A stretch of DNA of 62,993 nt from Candidatus Omnitrophota bacterium (GCA_023247915.1 JAHFFN010000004.1:1-62993), one strand, 5' to 3'; counted from the first letter of the stretch, positions 1 through 9,009 are shown. Program-made: numbers and translations. The notes: a model not told the origin generated them from the letters alone.

Positions 1-3000
1 TCTTTTGATGGCGCTTCAACTGACCTTTTGATCGGCGCCTATGATCATGGAAATAGCGGTCATCTGAATGCTTATCTGGATGATTTAAAAATTGTTAAAG
101 GTTCGACCGAAGCGCTCTCGCTTGATTTTGAAGCCAAGGACAGAGCATTTCATGAATTGATCAGCCCATATACATTCCGCGGAGAGGGCGGGCAGTTATC
201 TTACAATTCCGACGGCACTTTTTTAAGCGAAGCTTTAAATTCCCAAGGCACCCAATATTTTAAAGATTCTTCCGACGGGTCTCACCCGGTTTTTTTCTAC
301 GGCCAAACTCACGTGGACGCAGGAAAAGTAACTTTTGATGGTGATAAAGACAGGCTTTTTATTCCTTCCTCCGAAGATTTTAATTTTGGCACAAAAGATT
401 TCTCAATTGATCTGGATGTCAACTTCTCGGAATTAAAAAATACCGTTTTTATGGATCGCGGGAGCGCCTACGACTTTGAATTTATTTCCGGTTCACTAGT
501 TTGGAACGCTCTTGGAAGTCAGAGAAAGAGAGAATCTTGGAACCCGCGGACGAACACTTTTTACCATGTCACCTTAAAAAGAGAGGCCGGGCTTTTAAAA
601 ATTTTTGTCGATGGGCAAGAGCTGGGAAGATCTACGCCGGATTCTCTTAATTTAAACGTTAGCGCGGATATGAGCCTCGGTTCATTCACAAATAAAGAGA
701 GATCTTTTAACGGTCAGTGGGATAGCTTTAAGATCACGCGCGATGGGAAGGCGGTGCTTGATCTTAAATTTGATAATGAGATCCAGGAAACCATACACAA
801 AGCCCGGGAAGCGCTTACGGGGCGCATTGCTTGGCTTGAGAGTTTTCCGAGTAAAGAGTTGATCGAGCCTCAAAACCCATCTTATTCCGAATGGCTGTCC
901 ATCGCCACCGAATCTATCCTGACTTCGGATAGTATCGCCATTCAAGAATACTCCACTACCGGTATTATGGAAACTCAAACCAAAGCCGATCAGACTGTTA
1001 CGTTGTTTGATAACAAACAAACCGAGGCCGATGGCTCCGTGACAACTTTTGAGAAAAGCAAGCCTGTCAAGGTTGTGGATCAGAGTGGGAAAATTTTGAT
1101 CGGATACAGTTATGACGCCCACGGAAATCCTTCGCGCGTGTATCTTAAAAATGCGCGGGATACTTTGCCTGACCAATTCATTAAGGCGCGACAACAAGTT
1201 GCGGAGCGAAAAGCTGAGCAGCTTGATCTTTTGGCTCAGAAAAAAGACAAAGCTTATGAGGATTTCAAAGAGACGGTTGAGGGGAGAAGAAGCGGGCTTC
1301 TTGGCCAGCTTAGCGCACTAGAAGGCCAGAGAGGTGAAGTCTCCGGGATTAAGGCCAAGGGCAAAAAAGCGAAGTCTGAAAAAGGAGATGTTCTAAATCA
1401 GATCGATGAAGCGATAAGCCAAACCCGTCAAGCACTTACCAAGCTCGCCGAGCAAGAAGCACAGGCGGCAATTGATCTGGATAATTCAGTGAAGGATGTT
1501 TCGGATCAGATAGATACTGCTGCTAAGGACGCCTACACCGCTCTGAGCAATCAGGAAACCGCTCTCAAAAAAGAAATCCTTCGCCAAGAAGTTTCTCCAA
1601 TTGTTTATGACTACTACCGAAGAATCTTGGGGCGCGATCCGGCTTCGGCGGAATATGATTCCTGGATAGGGAAGGTTAATTATGATTCTGGGGCAGAGAC
1701 TCAAATCACGACCGGACAATCTTTGACGAAGGCTTTGAGTGATTATCTTGATGCTCTTCCGGAGTTAGAGGAACGTCGAAATTACGTCACCAACATTAAA
1801 CAAAAAGTCACAAATGAGATTAGCGGATATTTCTTAAAGTCAGATAACGATAAAAGAGCATTCATTCAAAACACTCTCGGTCTCTCAGACCCAGAGGATG
1901 GATCTATCCAGCTGACCCAAGCAGACGCCGATAAAATCTTGGCCTGGATGAATAGTAATCCTACGAATCTCCACTTCGGCCAGTCCGCCTTCTTATCTCT
2001 AGAAGCCTTGCTTGAAAAAAACGGAATTACTTTGAGCGGCGAACTCTCTAAAGAGTCCGGCGATGTGATTGACTCTCAACATCTACGCCACACCCGCGAA
2101 GAAATGGCTACTCTGGCCATTCTTGTCGATATCTTTACAGGTGTAATCTCTCCTTTAGACGACGGAGACCTTGTGATCTCTGTATTCTCTCTAAATAAGG
2201 TAGCAGCCCTCTACGGCGTTAACTTAAAAGGCGCCAAACTTAACTGGGAAGATCTGCAGGCAGTTTACAAAGCCAATCCTACAGCCAGGGTCATTGCCCA
2301 TATCAACGGCAATCACTACGTCATTGTCACTGCCATTACGAATGACTCCATCACCTATATTGACCCCGGTATCGGCAAAGACAAACAAAACGAATCTTTA
2401 ACCGTTAAGAAAGAAGGTTTCCTCAAGGCTTGGGATGGGAATGTCACCGCTGACTCCGTCATCCTGAGCGACGCGAAGCAACGCGAAGGATCCCACGTAA
2501 AAATTCTCACTACGCAAGAAGCTCAAAAAGTCCGCGGGGCTTTCTGGGGGAGTTTGTTAGGTCTATTGTCCTGGGTGTTTGTTTTTATCCCACCCTTATC
2601 CACGGTGCTGAGGATAGCTTCGATCGCAGTCAGTCTTATCGAAGGAGATTGGATCACGGCCATCACCTCCGCTGTCAATTTGAGTTTTCCGGGAGGTGGA
2701 ACGGTTGCAAACTCTCTTAAAGTTGGGCTCTCAAATGCTTTTCAAGGAGTTAGTGACGTCTTGGGTTCATTCGGGCAGGCATTAAATACGATAGGGAATG
2801 GACTAGCCAGCGTTTATCAATCAGTCACAGGATTTATTAACTCGGCGATTAATTTTCTTCCGGGAGTTAGTTCGGTTATCCAGGGCACGGCGCTAAAACT
2901 TTTGGGAGCTTCTGTGGGCGCTCTGGTTGTCAATTCTGCCATCTCCACAGGAATCACATACGGCGTCTCGCGTGGTTTAAATTCTTTGGGCGTCAGCCCC

Positions 3001-4959
3001 GAGATCACAGGCATCGTTAGTCAGCTCGCCGCCGGCGCCGCTATCCAAGCTTTGGAAAGAAGCACGCTGCCTCAATCAGACCAAGCCACCGCACAAGCCA
3101 ATAATATCCAAACAGGTATCGCCGGTTTCAGAGATATTGATAATGTCGGCCGTCTAGGCGCCGAGCTTGGAATAGACCCGCGTCTTACGGAGATCGCCGG
3201 GTTGTCTTTGGGGGCTATTCGCGGGCAACTCATCAATAATCCCAATCTTACAAGTTCTACCTTCTTTGATGCGTTTAAAGATATCAGAGGAAATCTAGCC
3301 GGCTCTCTTGCGCGATACGGAATCGATAAACTAGGGAGTTCTTTAGGGTTTCCAGCCCTTGGCTCTATCTTGGGAGCGCCCGTCTCAAATGCTTTTGCTT
3401 CGCAATTTAATTCCCAGACGAAGTATGCGGGAGAAGTGAAGCTTGAAGGTCAGTCCGAGATTGCAGTGGATGGTACAAGATATCGTGATGAAAGAACAGG
3501 TCAGATTATTTTAATTCCCACCCAAGAAAGAAGCTTTTGGGACAATACGATCTCATTCTTTAGAGATCACCTATCCGACATGATTAATATCGGTATCAAT
3601 GCTTATTATGCTTCCCAAGCAAAGCCCATTAAAATCAACCAACCAAATACACCTCCAATCACTGAAGCGCCTCTGCCGGACGGCGCCACTCCAGAAGTCT
3701 ATCAAGACATCATCGACGGAAAGATCAAATCTGGTTATCGGATTAGCTCTAGCGCCACCAACTACTCTGTCTATGATCGCCAAAGCAGAGCGCTTGTAAA
3801 GCGCGTCTCAGGGAACATCACCGAAGAAGGACGCTTTGAAAGCATGCTTGTTAAGAAAGCGGATGGGAGCATTGGGTATGAATATACCGATCTTTCGAAA
3901 GAAAATATTTATTATGAGCCGTCGTCAGGCGCCAAAGCCACTTTCAAGATTTCAGATGGTTCTGTGCAGGAGATCTATCTTGAGGGGAGTTCGCCGGAGA
4001 TTGTGCTAGAGCCAGGCTATAACATCGACGCCACAAATAAAGTGATCAATGGGACTATCAGATTCCCTGATTTGGGTGTTGTTGTAGATATTCTGGGTGG
4101 CAAAGTTTCAAAAGAGGGGCAGAGCGGCAGCTCGGTTAGCTCCAAAGATTTAATACAACCATTAGTGAACTATTATTTATTGCCAGGCATTGGTAATGAT
4201 GTCGCAGAGAATGAGCCGGTAAAGAGTGTTGAAGAATTCAAGAACAGACTGGTCTCCGATGAAAAGATAAATCCAGACCTGATACACCCGATTTCTTTAT
4301 TTGAAGCAGATCATGATTGGCTACATTTTTTTAGAGATATTGGCGAATGGAATGAGGACGCTTCAGGCGGAAACCAAGGGTTATCAGAAGAGGTGACGAG
4401 AAAGTTAAGGGCAGAGTATTCAAGAATGGGTCCTAATCAAAAAGTCGGCCAACAGATTGCGGTTACCTATTCAGGATCCACGAATCCCATGATCCGGGCT
4501 CTTTCAAGAACTGCCGAATTTGGTATTGAAACGCTGATATCATGGGGCGGTGTTGTTAAAAATCTACCCACAGCATTTCCTGCTGACTCAAAATTTAAAA
4601 CCTTTATTAACGTTTGGGGGTCGCTTGACGATGCACAAACACTGACCAATGTGGTAGGGGCGTCCGTAGGCTCCCAAAATATAGCGGCTTCAGGCGTAAA
4701 GACATTCAACATTAAAATTCTCGGCGCACACCACACAGACTTTTGGTATAGTGACGATAAGTGGAAGGGTAAGAACAGTCCTAAAAATCAAGAGATCAAC
4801 AGGAAGACGTCGATTTTCTTGCAGAAGTTGACAAAGGCGGCGGATAGTCCAAGCTCGTTACGAATATTTTTAGCTAAGAAAGGCATTGAAGGAAGTTTTG
4901 ATGATGACACGCTAACTGTTGATCTGGAACTATTTTTTAAGGAGAATGGACTAAATTGA
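1..4959 (+). CDS. Giant secreted multidomain protein, 5'-truncated by the window edge (LamG x2, coiled coil, DUF4214-like, C39-like papain-fold domain, Gly/Ser-rich hydrophobic region, C-terminal alpha/beta-hydrolase-like module)
   Basis: The frame of ORF 28..4959 stays open back to nt 1 (SFDGASTDLLIGAYDHGNSGHLNAYLDDLKIVKG = last strands of a LamG fold). Second LamG: FNFGTKDFSIDLDVNF..FYHVTLKREAGLLKIFVDGQELG..FNGQWDSFKI. DUF4214-like VYDYYRRILGRDPASAEYDSWIGKV. C39-like GQSAFLSLEALLEKNG..NGNHYVIVTAITNDSITYIDPG. Confidence 0.8.
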   Translation, partial: SFDGASTDLLIGAYDHGNSGHLNAYLDDLKIVKGSTEALSLDFEAKDRAFHELISPYTFRGEGGQLSYNSDGTFLSEALNSQGTQYFKDSSDGSHPVFFYGQTHVDAGKVTFDGDKDRLFIPSSEDFNFGTKDFSIDLDVNFSELKNTVFMDRGSAYDFEFISGSLVWNALGSQRKRESWNPRTNTFYHVTLKREAGLLKIFVDGQELGRSTPDSLNLNVSADMSLGSFTNKERSFNGQWDSFKITRDGKAVLDLKFDNEIQETIHKAREALTGRIAWLESFPSKELIEPQNPSYSEWLSIATESILTSDSIAIQEYSTTGIMETQTKADQTVTLFDNKQTEADGSVTTFEKSKPVKVVDQSGKILIGYSYDAHGNPSRVYLKNARDTLPDQFIKARQQVAERKAEQLDLLAQKKDKAYEDFKETVEGRRSGLLGQLSALEGQRGEVSGIKAKGKKAKSEKGDVLNQIDEAISQTRQALTKLAEQEAQAAIDLDNSVKDVSDQIDTAAKDAYTALSNQETALKKEILRQEVSPIVYDYYRRILGRDPASAEYDSWIGKVNYDSGAETQITTGQSLTKALSDYLDALPELEERRNYVTNIKQKVTNEISGYFLKSDNDKRAFIQNTLGLSDPEDGSIQLTQADADKILAWMNSNPTNLHFGQSAFLSLEALLEKNGITLSGELSKESGDVIDSQHLRHTREEMATLAILVDIFTGVISPLDDGDLVISVFSLNKVAALYGVNLKGAKLNWEDLQAVYKANPTARVIAHINGNHYVIVTAITNDSITYIDPGIGKDKQNESLTVKKEGFLKAWDGNVTADSVILSDAKQREGSHVKILTTQEAQKVRGAFWGSLLGLLSWVFVFIPPLSTVLRIASIAVSLIEGDWITAITSAVNLSFPGGGTVANSLKVGLSNAFQGVSDVLGSFGQALNTIGNGLASVYQSVTGFINSAINFLPGVSSVIQGTALKLLGASVGALVVNSAISTGITYGVSRGLNSLGVSPEITGIVSQLAAGAAIQALERSTLPQSDQATAQANNIQTGIAGFRDIDNVGRLGAELGIDPRLTEIAGLSLGAIRGQLINNPNLTSSTFFDAFKDIRGNLAGSLARYGIDKLGSSLGFPALGSILGAPVSNAFASQFNSQTKYAGEVKLEGQSEIAVDGTRYRDERTGQIILIPTQERSFWDNTISFFRDHLSDMINIGINAYYASQAKPIKINQPNTPPITEAPLPDGATPEVYQDIIDGKIKSGYRISSSATNYSVYDRQSRALVKRVSGNITEEGRFESMLVKKADGSIGYEYTDLSKENIYYEPSSGAKATFKISDGSVQEIYLEGSSPEIVLEPGYNIDATNKVINGTIRFPDLGVVVDILGGKVSKEGQSGSSVSSKDLIQPLVNYYLLPGIGNDVAENEPVKSVEEFKNRLVSDEKINPDLIHPISLFEADHDWLHFFRDIGEWNEDASGGNQGLSEEVTRKLRAEYSRMGPNQKVGQQIAVTYSGSTNPMIRALSRTAEFGIETLISWGGVVKNLPTAFPADSKFKTFINVWGSLDDAQTLTNVVGASVGSQNIAASGVKTFNIKILGAHHTDFWYSDDKWKGKNSPKNQEINRKTSIFLQKLTKAADSPSSLRIFLAKKGIEGSFDDDTLTVDLELFFKENGLN

Positions 4960-4960
4960 T

Positions 4961-5476
4961 ATGAAAAAAGAGACTTTTTTTTTAAATTTAGTGCTTTTAA
5001 CTGCTTTGCCCGGTTGTGTTTTTGCAGCAAACGATAAAAAATTAAACGAAACTACTACACAAGAAAGCCGTACCACTACTCATATTGTTGGCACAGATGA
5101 GGAAGCGTCAGCAGCATTTGCAAAAGGCTTGCGCGATGAAAGTTTTATTTGGGATAGAATTAATCGTGGTGCGCGATACTTTGATGCGGGTAGGTATGAG
5201 CAAGCTATCCCACAGTTTGAGGATGTTATGAAAGACGCCAAAGATGCCCCAGATATTTGGGTTATAAAGTCTTTTTTGGGTGAATGCTACGAGGCGGTTG
5301 GTCAGTATGAAAAATCGCTTGAATATATTAATTGGCAAATTGCTCAAGGTCCAAGGAAGCAGGTTGTTGACCAATTAGTGGCCAGAAAACAAAAGCTAGA
5401 GCAACTTTTAAACAAAGGCCATATAGATACCGTACCCCGTCCCAATCGCCAAAAAAGGGTCACGTTAGGCGAATAA
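4961..5476 (+). CDS. Small TPR-like lipoprotein
   Basis: ATG lies 1 nt after the upstream TGA. MKKETFFLNLVLLTALPGCVFA is a signal peptide with lipobox L-P-G-C. TPR-like helix pairs are present (GRYEQAIPQFEDVMK, GQYEKSLEYINWQIAQ). Confidence 0.7.
   Translation: MKKETFFLNLVLLTALPGCVFAANDKKLNETTTQESRTTTHIVGTDEEASAAFAKGLRDESFIWDRINRGARYFDAGRYEQAIPQFEDVMKDAKDAPDIWVIKSFLGECYEAVGQYEKSLEYINWQIAQGPRKQVVDQLVARKQKLEQLLNKGHIDTVPRPNRQKRVTLGE
5427..5446 (+). repeat. Left 20-bp inverted repeat of the transposase unit (inside the 3' end of the TPR lipoprotein CDS)
   Basis: ATACCGTACCCCGTCCCAAT, read directly. Extends to 23/24 matches with its partner toward the transposase. Confidence 0.9.
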
Positions 5477-5546
5477 AATTTAGATATTTTTGAAAGGATT
5501 TTGAGGGTCTTGACGTCTTGTATGGTAAAGGGAGGAACCCATTGCC

Positions 5547-6125
5547 ATGCCAAGAAAACCAAGGATACAAAGCCCTACAGATATTTATCACTTCATTAAT
5601 CGGGGAGTTAACAAAAAGAAGCTATTTCATCATGACAGGGACTATCAGTATTATCTTGAGCTACTCAAAGAATACTCCACTAGATTCTCCATCCAGATCC
5701 ATCATTATTGTCTCATGAATAATCATACCCACCTTTTGATTAAAGCGGACGGCATAGGTCTTGTTAGCCGATTTGGCCATTTTGTTCAACGTCGATATGC
5801 CTACTATTACTGCAAGACTTACCGTTGGTCCGAACAAGTCTTTCGGAAGCGTTTTATCAGTATTCCTATTCAAGAGGATGCCTATCTTCTGGAATGTGGC
5901 CGCTACATTGAACGAAACCCGCTAAAAGCTAAACTTGTGCAAGATCCTCAAGATTATCCCTATTCCAGCTATTCTTTCTATAGTCACCAGAAAGAAGACC
6001 TGCTTATCACCCCAAACCCTTTATACGAAACAATGGGCAGGAACCCTTTAGAGAGAACCGCTGCTTATAAATTTTACGTGGGCTACACAAGAGAACAAGA
6101 AAAGGAGTTAGCGGCTCCTTTCTAA
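5547..6125 (+). CDS. IS200-like / REP-associated (RayT-type) HUH Y1 tyrosine transposase
   Basis: AGGGAGG RBS about 11 nt upstream. N-terminal PRKPRIQSPTDIYHFINRGVNKKKLF, HUH motif in YCLMNNHTHLLIK, and catalytic Tyr context GRYIERNPLKAKL. This is the COG1943 / PF01797 pattern as I remember it. Confidence 0.85.
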   Translation: MPRKPRIQSPTDIYHFINRGVNKKKLFHHDRDYQYYLELLKEYSTRFSIQIHHYCLMNNHTHLLIKADGIGLVSRFGHFVQRRYAYYYCKTYRWSEQVFRKRFISIPIQEDAYLLECGRYIERNPLKAKLVQDPQDYPYSSYSFYSHQKEDLLITPNPLYETMGRNPLERTAAYKFYVGYTREQEKELAAPF

Positions 6126-6143
6126 CGTGCCTCCAAAGAGGCA

Positions 6144-6163
6144 ATTGGGACGGGGTACGGTAT
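6144..6163 (-). repeat. Right 20-bp inverted repeat of the transposase unit
   Basis: ATTGGGACGGGGTACGGTAT is the exact reverse complement of 5427-5446. It overlaps the first ATG (6162) of the next ORF. Confidence 0.9.
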
Positions 6164-6212
6164 GTTAATTTACGAAAGGTATACAACAATTTTAGCAAAG
6201 GCAAAAATCCCA

Positions 6213-6869
6213 ATGAATAAGAAGAGCTTTCCCTTGGTTTTAACTATAACTCTAATAGCAGCGATTTCATTTATTCTAAAACCAGGAATCGAAGACCTGT
6301 GGACACGATTTCAAGATTTTACACACCCCAGATACTCTCAGATGCTTGAGAAGGCTTGGGCTGAGAAGTCGACTGATTTTTTAATTGATAAATTAAATCA
6401 TCCAAGTATTAAATACAGTGGGGTAGCAATGGCCTTGCTTGCCCAAAGACACGATGAAGTCAAGATTGGAAGAATATTAAAAATTATTACTCAAAAAGGC
6501 AATCCGCGTGGAAGGGAATTTGCTCTAAGTGTACTGTTTTCTTGGGACGAGAAGAAAGCATCTGAAGTGTCGATGGAGATCGTGCGGATAGGATCAAACC
6601 ACCCGCTTTATCGAGATGCCATGCTACATTTAGCCCATATAAAATATGGCCCGGCTTTTCCTTACCTTGTTGAAATGGCAAATTTACCTGACGGACCTAA
6701 AAATGGTTCTGCCCACATGTTAAAAGACTTTGGAAGATTGGAAGCTATTCCTATCCTTGAAAATATGCTCAAGAATATTAAAAGCGAAGATCCTGTTGTG
6801 CGGGATTTTCTTGGAGATGCAATTCTAGATGCTATTCAATCTATTAAAGAAAATAATGGAATAAACTAA
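6213..6869 (+). CDS. Membrane-anchored HEAT-like helical-repeat protein (hypothetical)
   Basis: ORF 6162..6869. Internal ATG 6213 gives the MNKKSFPLVLTITLIAAISFIL anchor. The rest looks like alpha-helical repeats (AMALLAQRHDEVKIGRIL, REFALSVLFSWDEKKASEV, LEAIPILENMLKN). Start is uncertain (6162 or 6213). Confidence 0.5.
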   Translation: MNKKSFPLVLTITLIAAISFILKPGIEDLWTRFQDFTHPRYSQMLEKAWAEKSTDFLIDKLNHPSIKYSGVAMALLAQRHDEVKIGRILKIITQKGNPRGREFALSVLFSWDEKKASEVSMEIVRIGSNHPLYRDAMLHLAHIKYGPAFPYLVEMANLPDGPKNGSAHMLKDFGRLEAIPILENMLKNIKSEDPVVRDFLGDAILDAIQSIKENNGIN

Positions 6870-6974
6870 CATAGTAAACTCCAGGGACACACAACATAAT
6901 TCAAAACTATGGCTAGAATCGCTCGGATCGTTATACCCAATTGCTATTTTATGTTTCAAGAACTGATTCCTCGC

Positions 6975-7808
6975 ATGTTAAAAAGGCATAGACGCGTTAT
7001 TTTATTTTCAATATTCTTATGCGCGTGTGCGCAGACTACAGCCAACGCCCATGTCTTGGATCAGTACGAAATAAAAGACCGCATGCAAAATGTGCGGACG
7101 ATTTATATGCTGAAACCTCAGATTATTTTGGGGCGGCGTGATGAAAAGCATGGATTGTTTACCGGTGATGAGCCAGGCAAGAAGATGGCTCAACGGGCAA
7201 TTTTGAATGCGGCTACCGATGCATTTGTTCAACAAGGTTATGGATTCACATCAGTATCTGAGGATGACGCGAACACCTTATCTCCGACTGATTATCAGCA
7301 GGAGTTTCAGGCTGTTTGGCAGCATCTTGACCAGTTCGCCGACGCAGGTAGAGAGAAAAAACCAAAGCTTTGGCCTTTCTCGATTGCGCCTGATCAACAA
7401 AGCCTTGTTCGTAGCCAGGAGGTTGATGCGATTGCTTTTGTGCAATGTTACGGAAAATTTGACAGTGTGGTTACTGCTGATGCGGAAGTACCCGGAAAAG
7501 TTATTTTTACGGTTGCACAATTAGCTTTGACCGGAGCAGCATTGATATTTTCTGCGGACTACGCTTCCTTGGAATTCAAGCTATCCGTTATTGACTCAAG
7601 GACAGGGGAGCTTATTTTTTATCGTGAGTCCTCTGAAGATCAAACGGACGTGAGGGATAGCGCTCGTTTAACTGGCACCTTCACAGAAGCTTTTAAATGG
7701 TACTTACCCAAAGCGTTGAATCCTGCGCCTTTGGTAAAGTTTAAACACAAACGATCAGAGATAGCCGCTCAGGGGGTTAACGGAGGTTCAAGTGCATCAA
7801 CATCCTAA
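6975..7808 (+). CDS. Hypothetical lipoprotein
   Basis: ORF 6909..7808. ATG 6975 gives MLKRHRRVILFSIFLCACAQ (basic n-region, lipobox L-C-A-C). No catalytic motif recognised. Confidence 0.55.
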   Translation: MLKRHRRVILFSIFLCACAQTTANAHVLDQYEIKDRMQNVRTIYMLKPQIILGRRDEKHGLFTGDEPGKKMAQRAILNAATDAFVQQGYGFTSVSEDDANTLSPTDYQQEFQAVWQHLDQFADAGREKKPKLWPFSIAPDQQSLVRSQEVDAIAFVQCYGKFDSVVTADAEVPGKVIFTVAQLALTGAALIFSADYASLEFKLSVIDSRTGELIFYRESSEDQTDVRDSARLTGTFTEAFKWYLPKALNPAPLVKFKHKRSEIAAQGVNGGSSASTS

Positions 7809-8355
7809 TACACAAAGATTCTTTTTGATGGGCATGGTTTTGGTTGTGTGCTTAAGCGGTTGCGCAACAACGCCCAATATTGGTTATAAAGTGGAGCCAA
7901 TCCACCAAGCTTCTAAAAATGTAGAAGTAAAAGTCAGTCCTTTCACGGATAGTCGCATTGGACGCGAGCAGGCTATTATCGGAGGGCTTTATAACGGATA
8001 TGGTATGCGCGTGGGAGATATTCATGAGCCGGCTGGTTTAGTGAAATCTTTGGAGAATGCTTTTAAAGAAGAATTAGCCAATAGTGGCTATTCGCTAATT
8101 GATGAAACTCGCGATATCGTTATCCAGGGGTCAGTAGAGGCTATTTCCTGTGAAGTTCGAAACGGACAAAATTCTACATTTCTAGTGCGTTTTAAAGTGA
8201 CTGACAAATCCCAAGAAGTGATCAATAAGGTTTATCAGGGTAAAAAATTAATCTGGATGACTTTTGACTCAACCGGAAGTGACGCGATCAACGCCGCGAT
8301 GAAAGAACTCATCAAAAATTTTATTAAAGATTTGGATGAGTACATTAAGAGTTAA
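7792..8355 (+). CDS. Hypothetical lipoprotein
   Basis: GTG start overlaps the upstream gene end by 17 nt. QRFFLMGMVLVVCLSGCATT carries lipobox L-S-G-C. Mixed alpha/beta body with no enzyme motif. Confidence 0.6.
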   Translation: MHQHPNTQRFFLMGMVLVVCLSGCATTPNIGYKVEPIHQASKNVEVKVSPFTDSRIGREQAIIGGLYNGYGMRVGDIHEPAGLVKSLENAFKEELANSGYSLIDETRDIVIQGSVEAISCEVRNGQNSTFLVRFKVTDKSQEVINKVYQGKKLIWMTFDSTGSDAINAAMKELIKNFIKDLDEYIKS

Positions 8356-8426
8356 TGCGCCGAACCAAGCGGTTGGTGAGGGCAAGTTTATGCGGTATCA
8401 ACGATGTCATAACAAAGGAGGTCGTA

Positions 8427-8981
8427 GTGAGATTTTCAAAATTAACCGGTGGTTTTTGTGTTTTGTTTCTGAGCTTTGCCGTTAGCGGTTGCGCGACGAT
8501 TGTATCGGGAACAACTCAAAAGATCAGCGTGACATCGCAGCCATCGGAAGCTATCGCCAAGGTGGATAACAATACATCCTCCAAAACGCCTGCGTCGTTT
8601 ACCTTGGATAGGAAAAATGATCACACGATTGAGATCGCAAAAGACGGTTACAAAACCGCGACAGTTTTGATCAAGAGATCGCTGAACGGAATGGCGTTTG
8701 GCAATGTTTTGATTGGCGGAATCATCGGTGGTGGTGTTGATATGGTTTCGGGCGCAAATAATAAATTGATTCCCGAGCGCGTCGACGTCGTTTTGGAAGA
8801 GGGAACAGGTTATTCGGATGTGCCCAAATTCGCTTCCGCCAAGGACGCTGAATTTTACGAGAAAAACGTGCTTAAGCCGAGCCAAAAAGCGCCGGAAAAA
8901 ACAACCCCAGCTCCGATGGCCGCAAACACGGTTCAGCCCCAAACCGGAACTAATTTTTCACCCGCAACAAAAACAGTTTAA
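8427..8981 (+). CDS. PEGA-domain lipoprotein
   Basis: AGGAGG at 8416-8421, then GTG 8427. FCVLFLSFAVSGCATIVSG is the lipobox. PEGA-type segment ISVTSQPSEAIAKVDNN..PASFTLDRKNDHTIEIAKDGYKT. Gly-rich helix GNVLIGGIIGGGVDMVSG. Confidence 0.75.
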   Translation: MRFSKLTGGFCVLFLSFAVSGCATIVSGTTQKISVTSQPSEAIAKVDNNTSSKTPASFTLDRKNDHTIEIAKDGYKTATVLIKRSLNGMAFGNVLIGGIIGGGVDMVSGANNKLIPERVDVVLEEGTGYSDVPKFASAKDAEFYEKNVLKPSQKAPEKTTPAPMAANTVQPQTGTNFSPATKTV

Positions 8982-9009
8982 CGTAGATGCCTCGCGCCAA
9001 ATCACAAGT

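Larger units (their letters stand above)
5427..6163. mobile_element. 737-bp unit: IS200/RayT-type Y1 transposase gene bracketed by perfect 20-bp inverted repeats (REPtron-like)
   Basis: ATACCGTACCCCGTCCCAAT (5427-5446) and its exact reverse complement ATTGGGACGGGGTACGGTAT (6144-6163) flank the transposase CDS. A GCCTC-CAAA-GAGGC hairpin (6129-6142) abuts the right repeat. Confidence 0.6.

Noticed and set aside
8818-9009. The N-terminal 64 codons of track ORF 8818..10014.
   Set aside because: They overlap the 3' end of the PEGA lipoprotein gene in another frame. They encode a Lys/Arg/Pro-rich peptide unlike the N-termini of the paralogs. A TTG start at 9010 just before the TM helix fits better, although the exact start remains uncertain.
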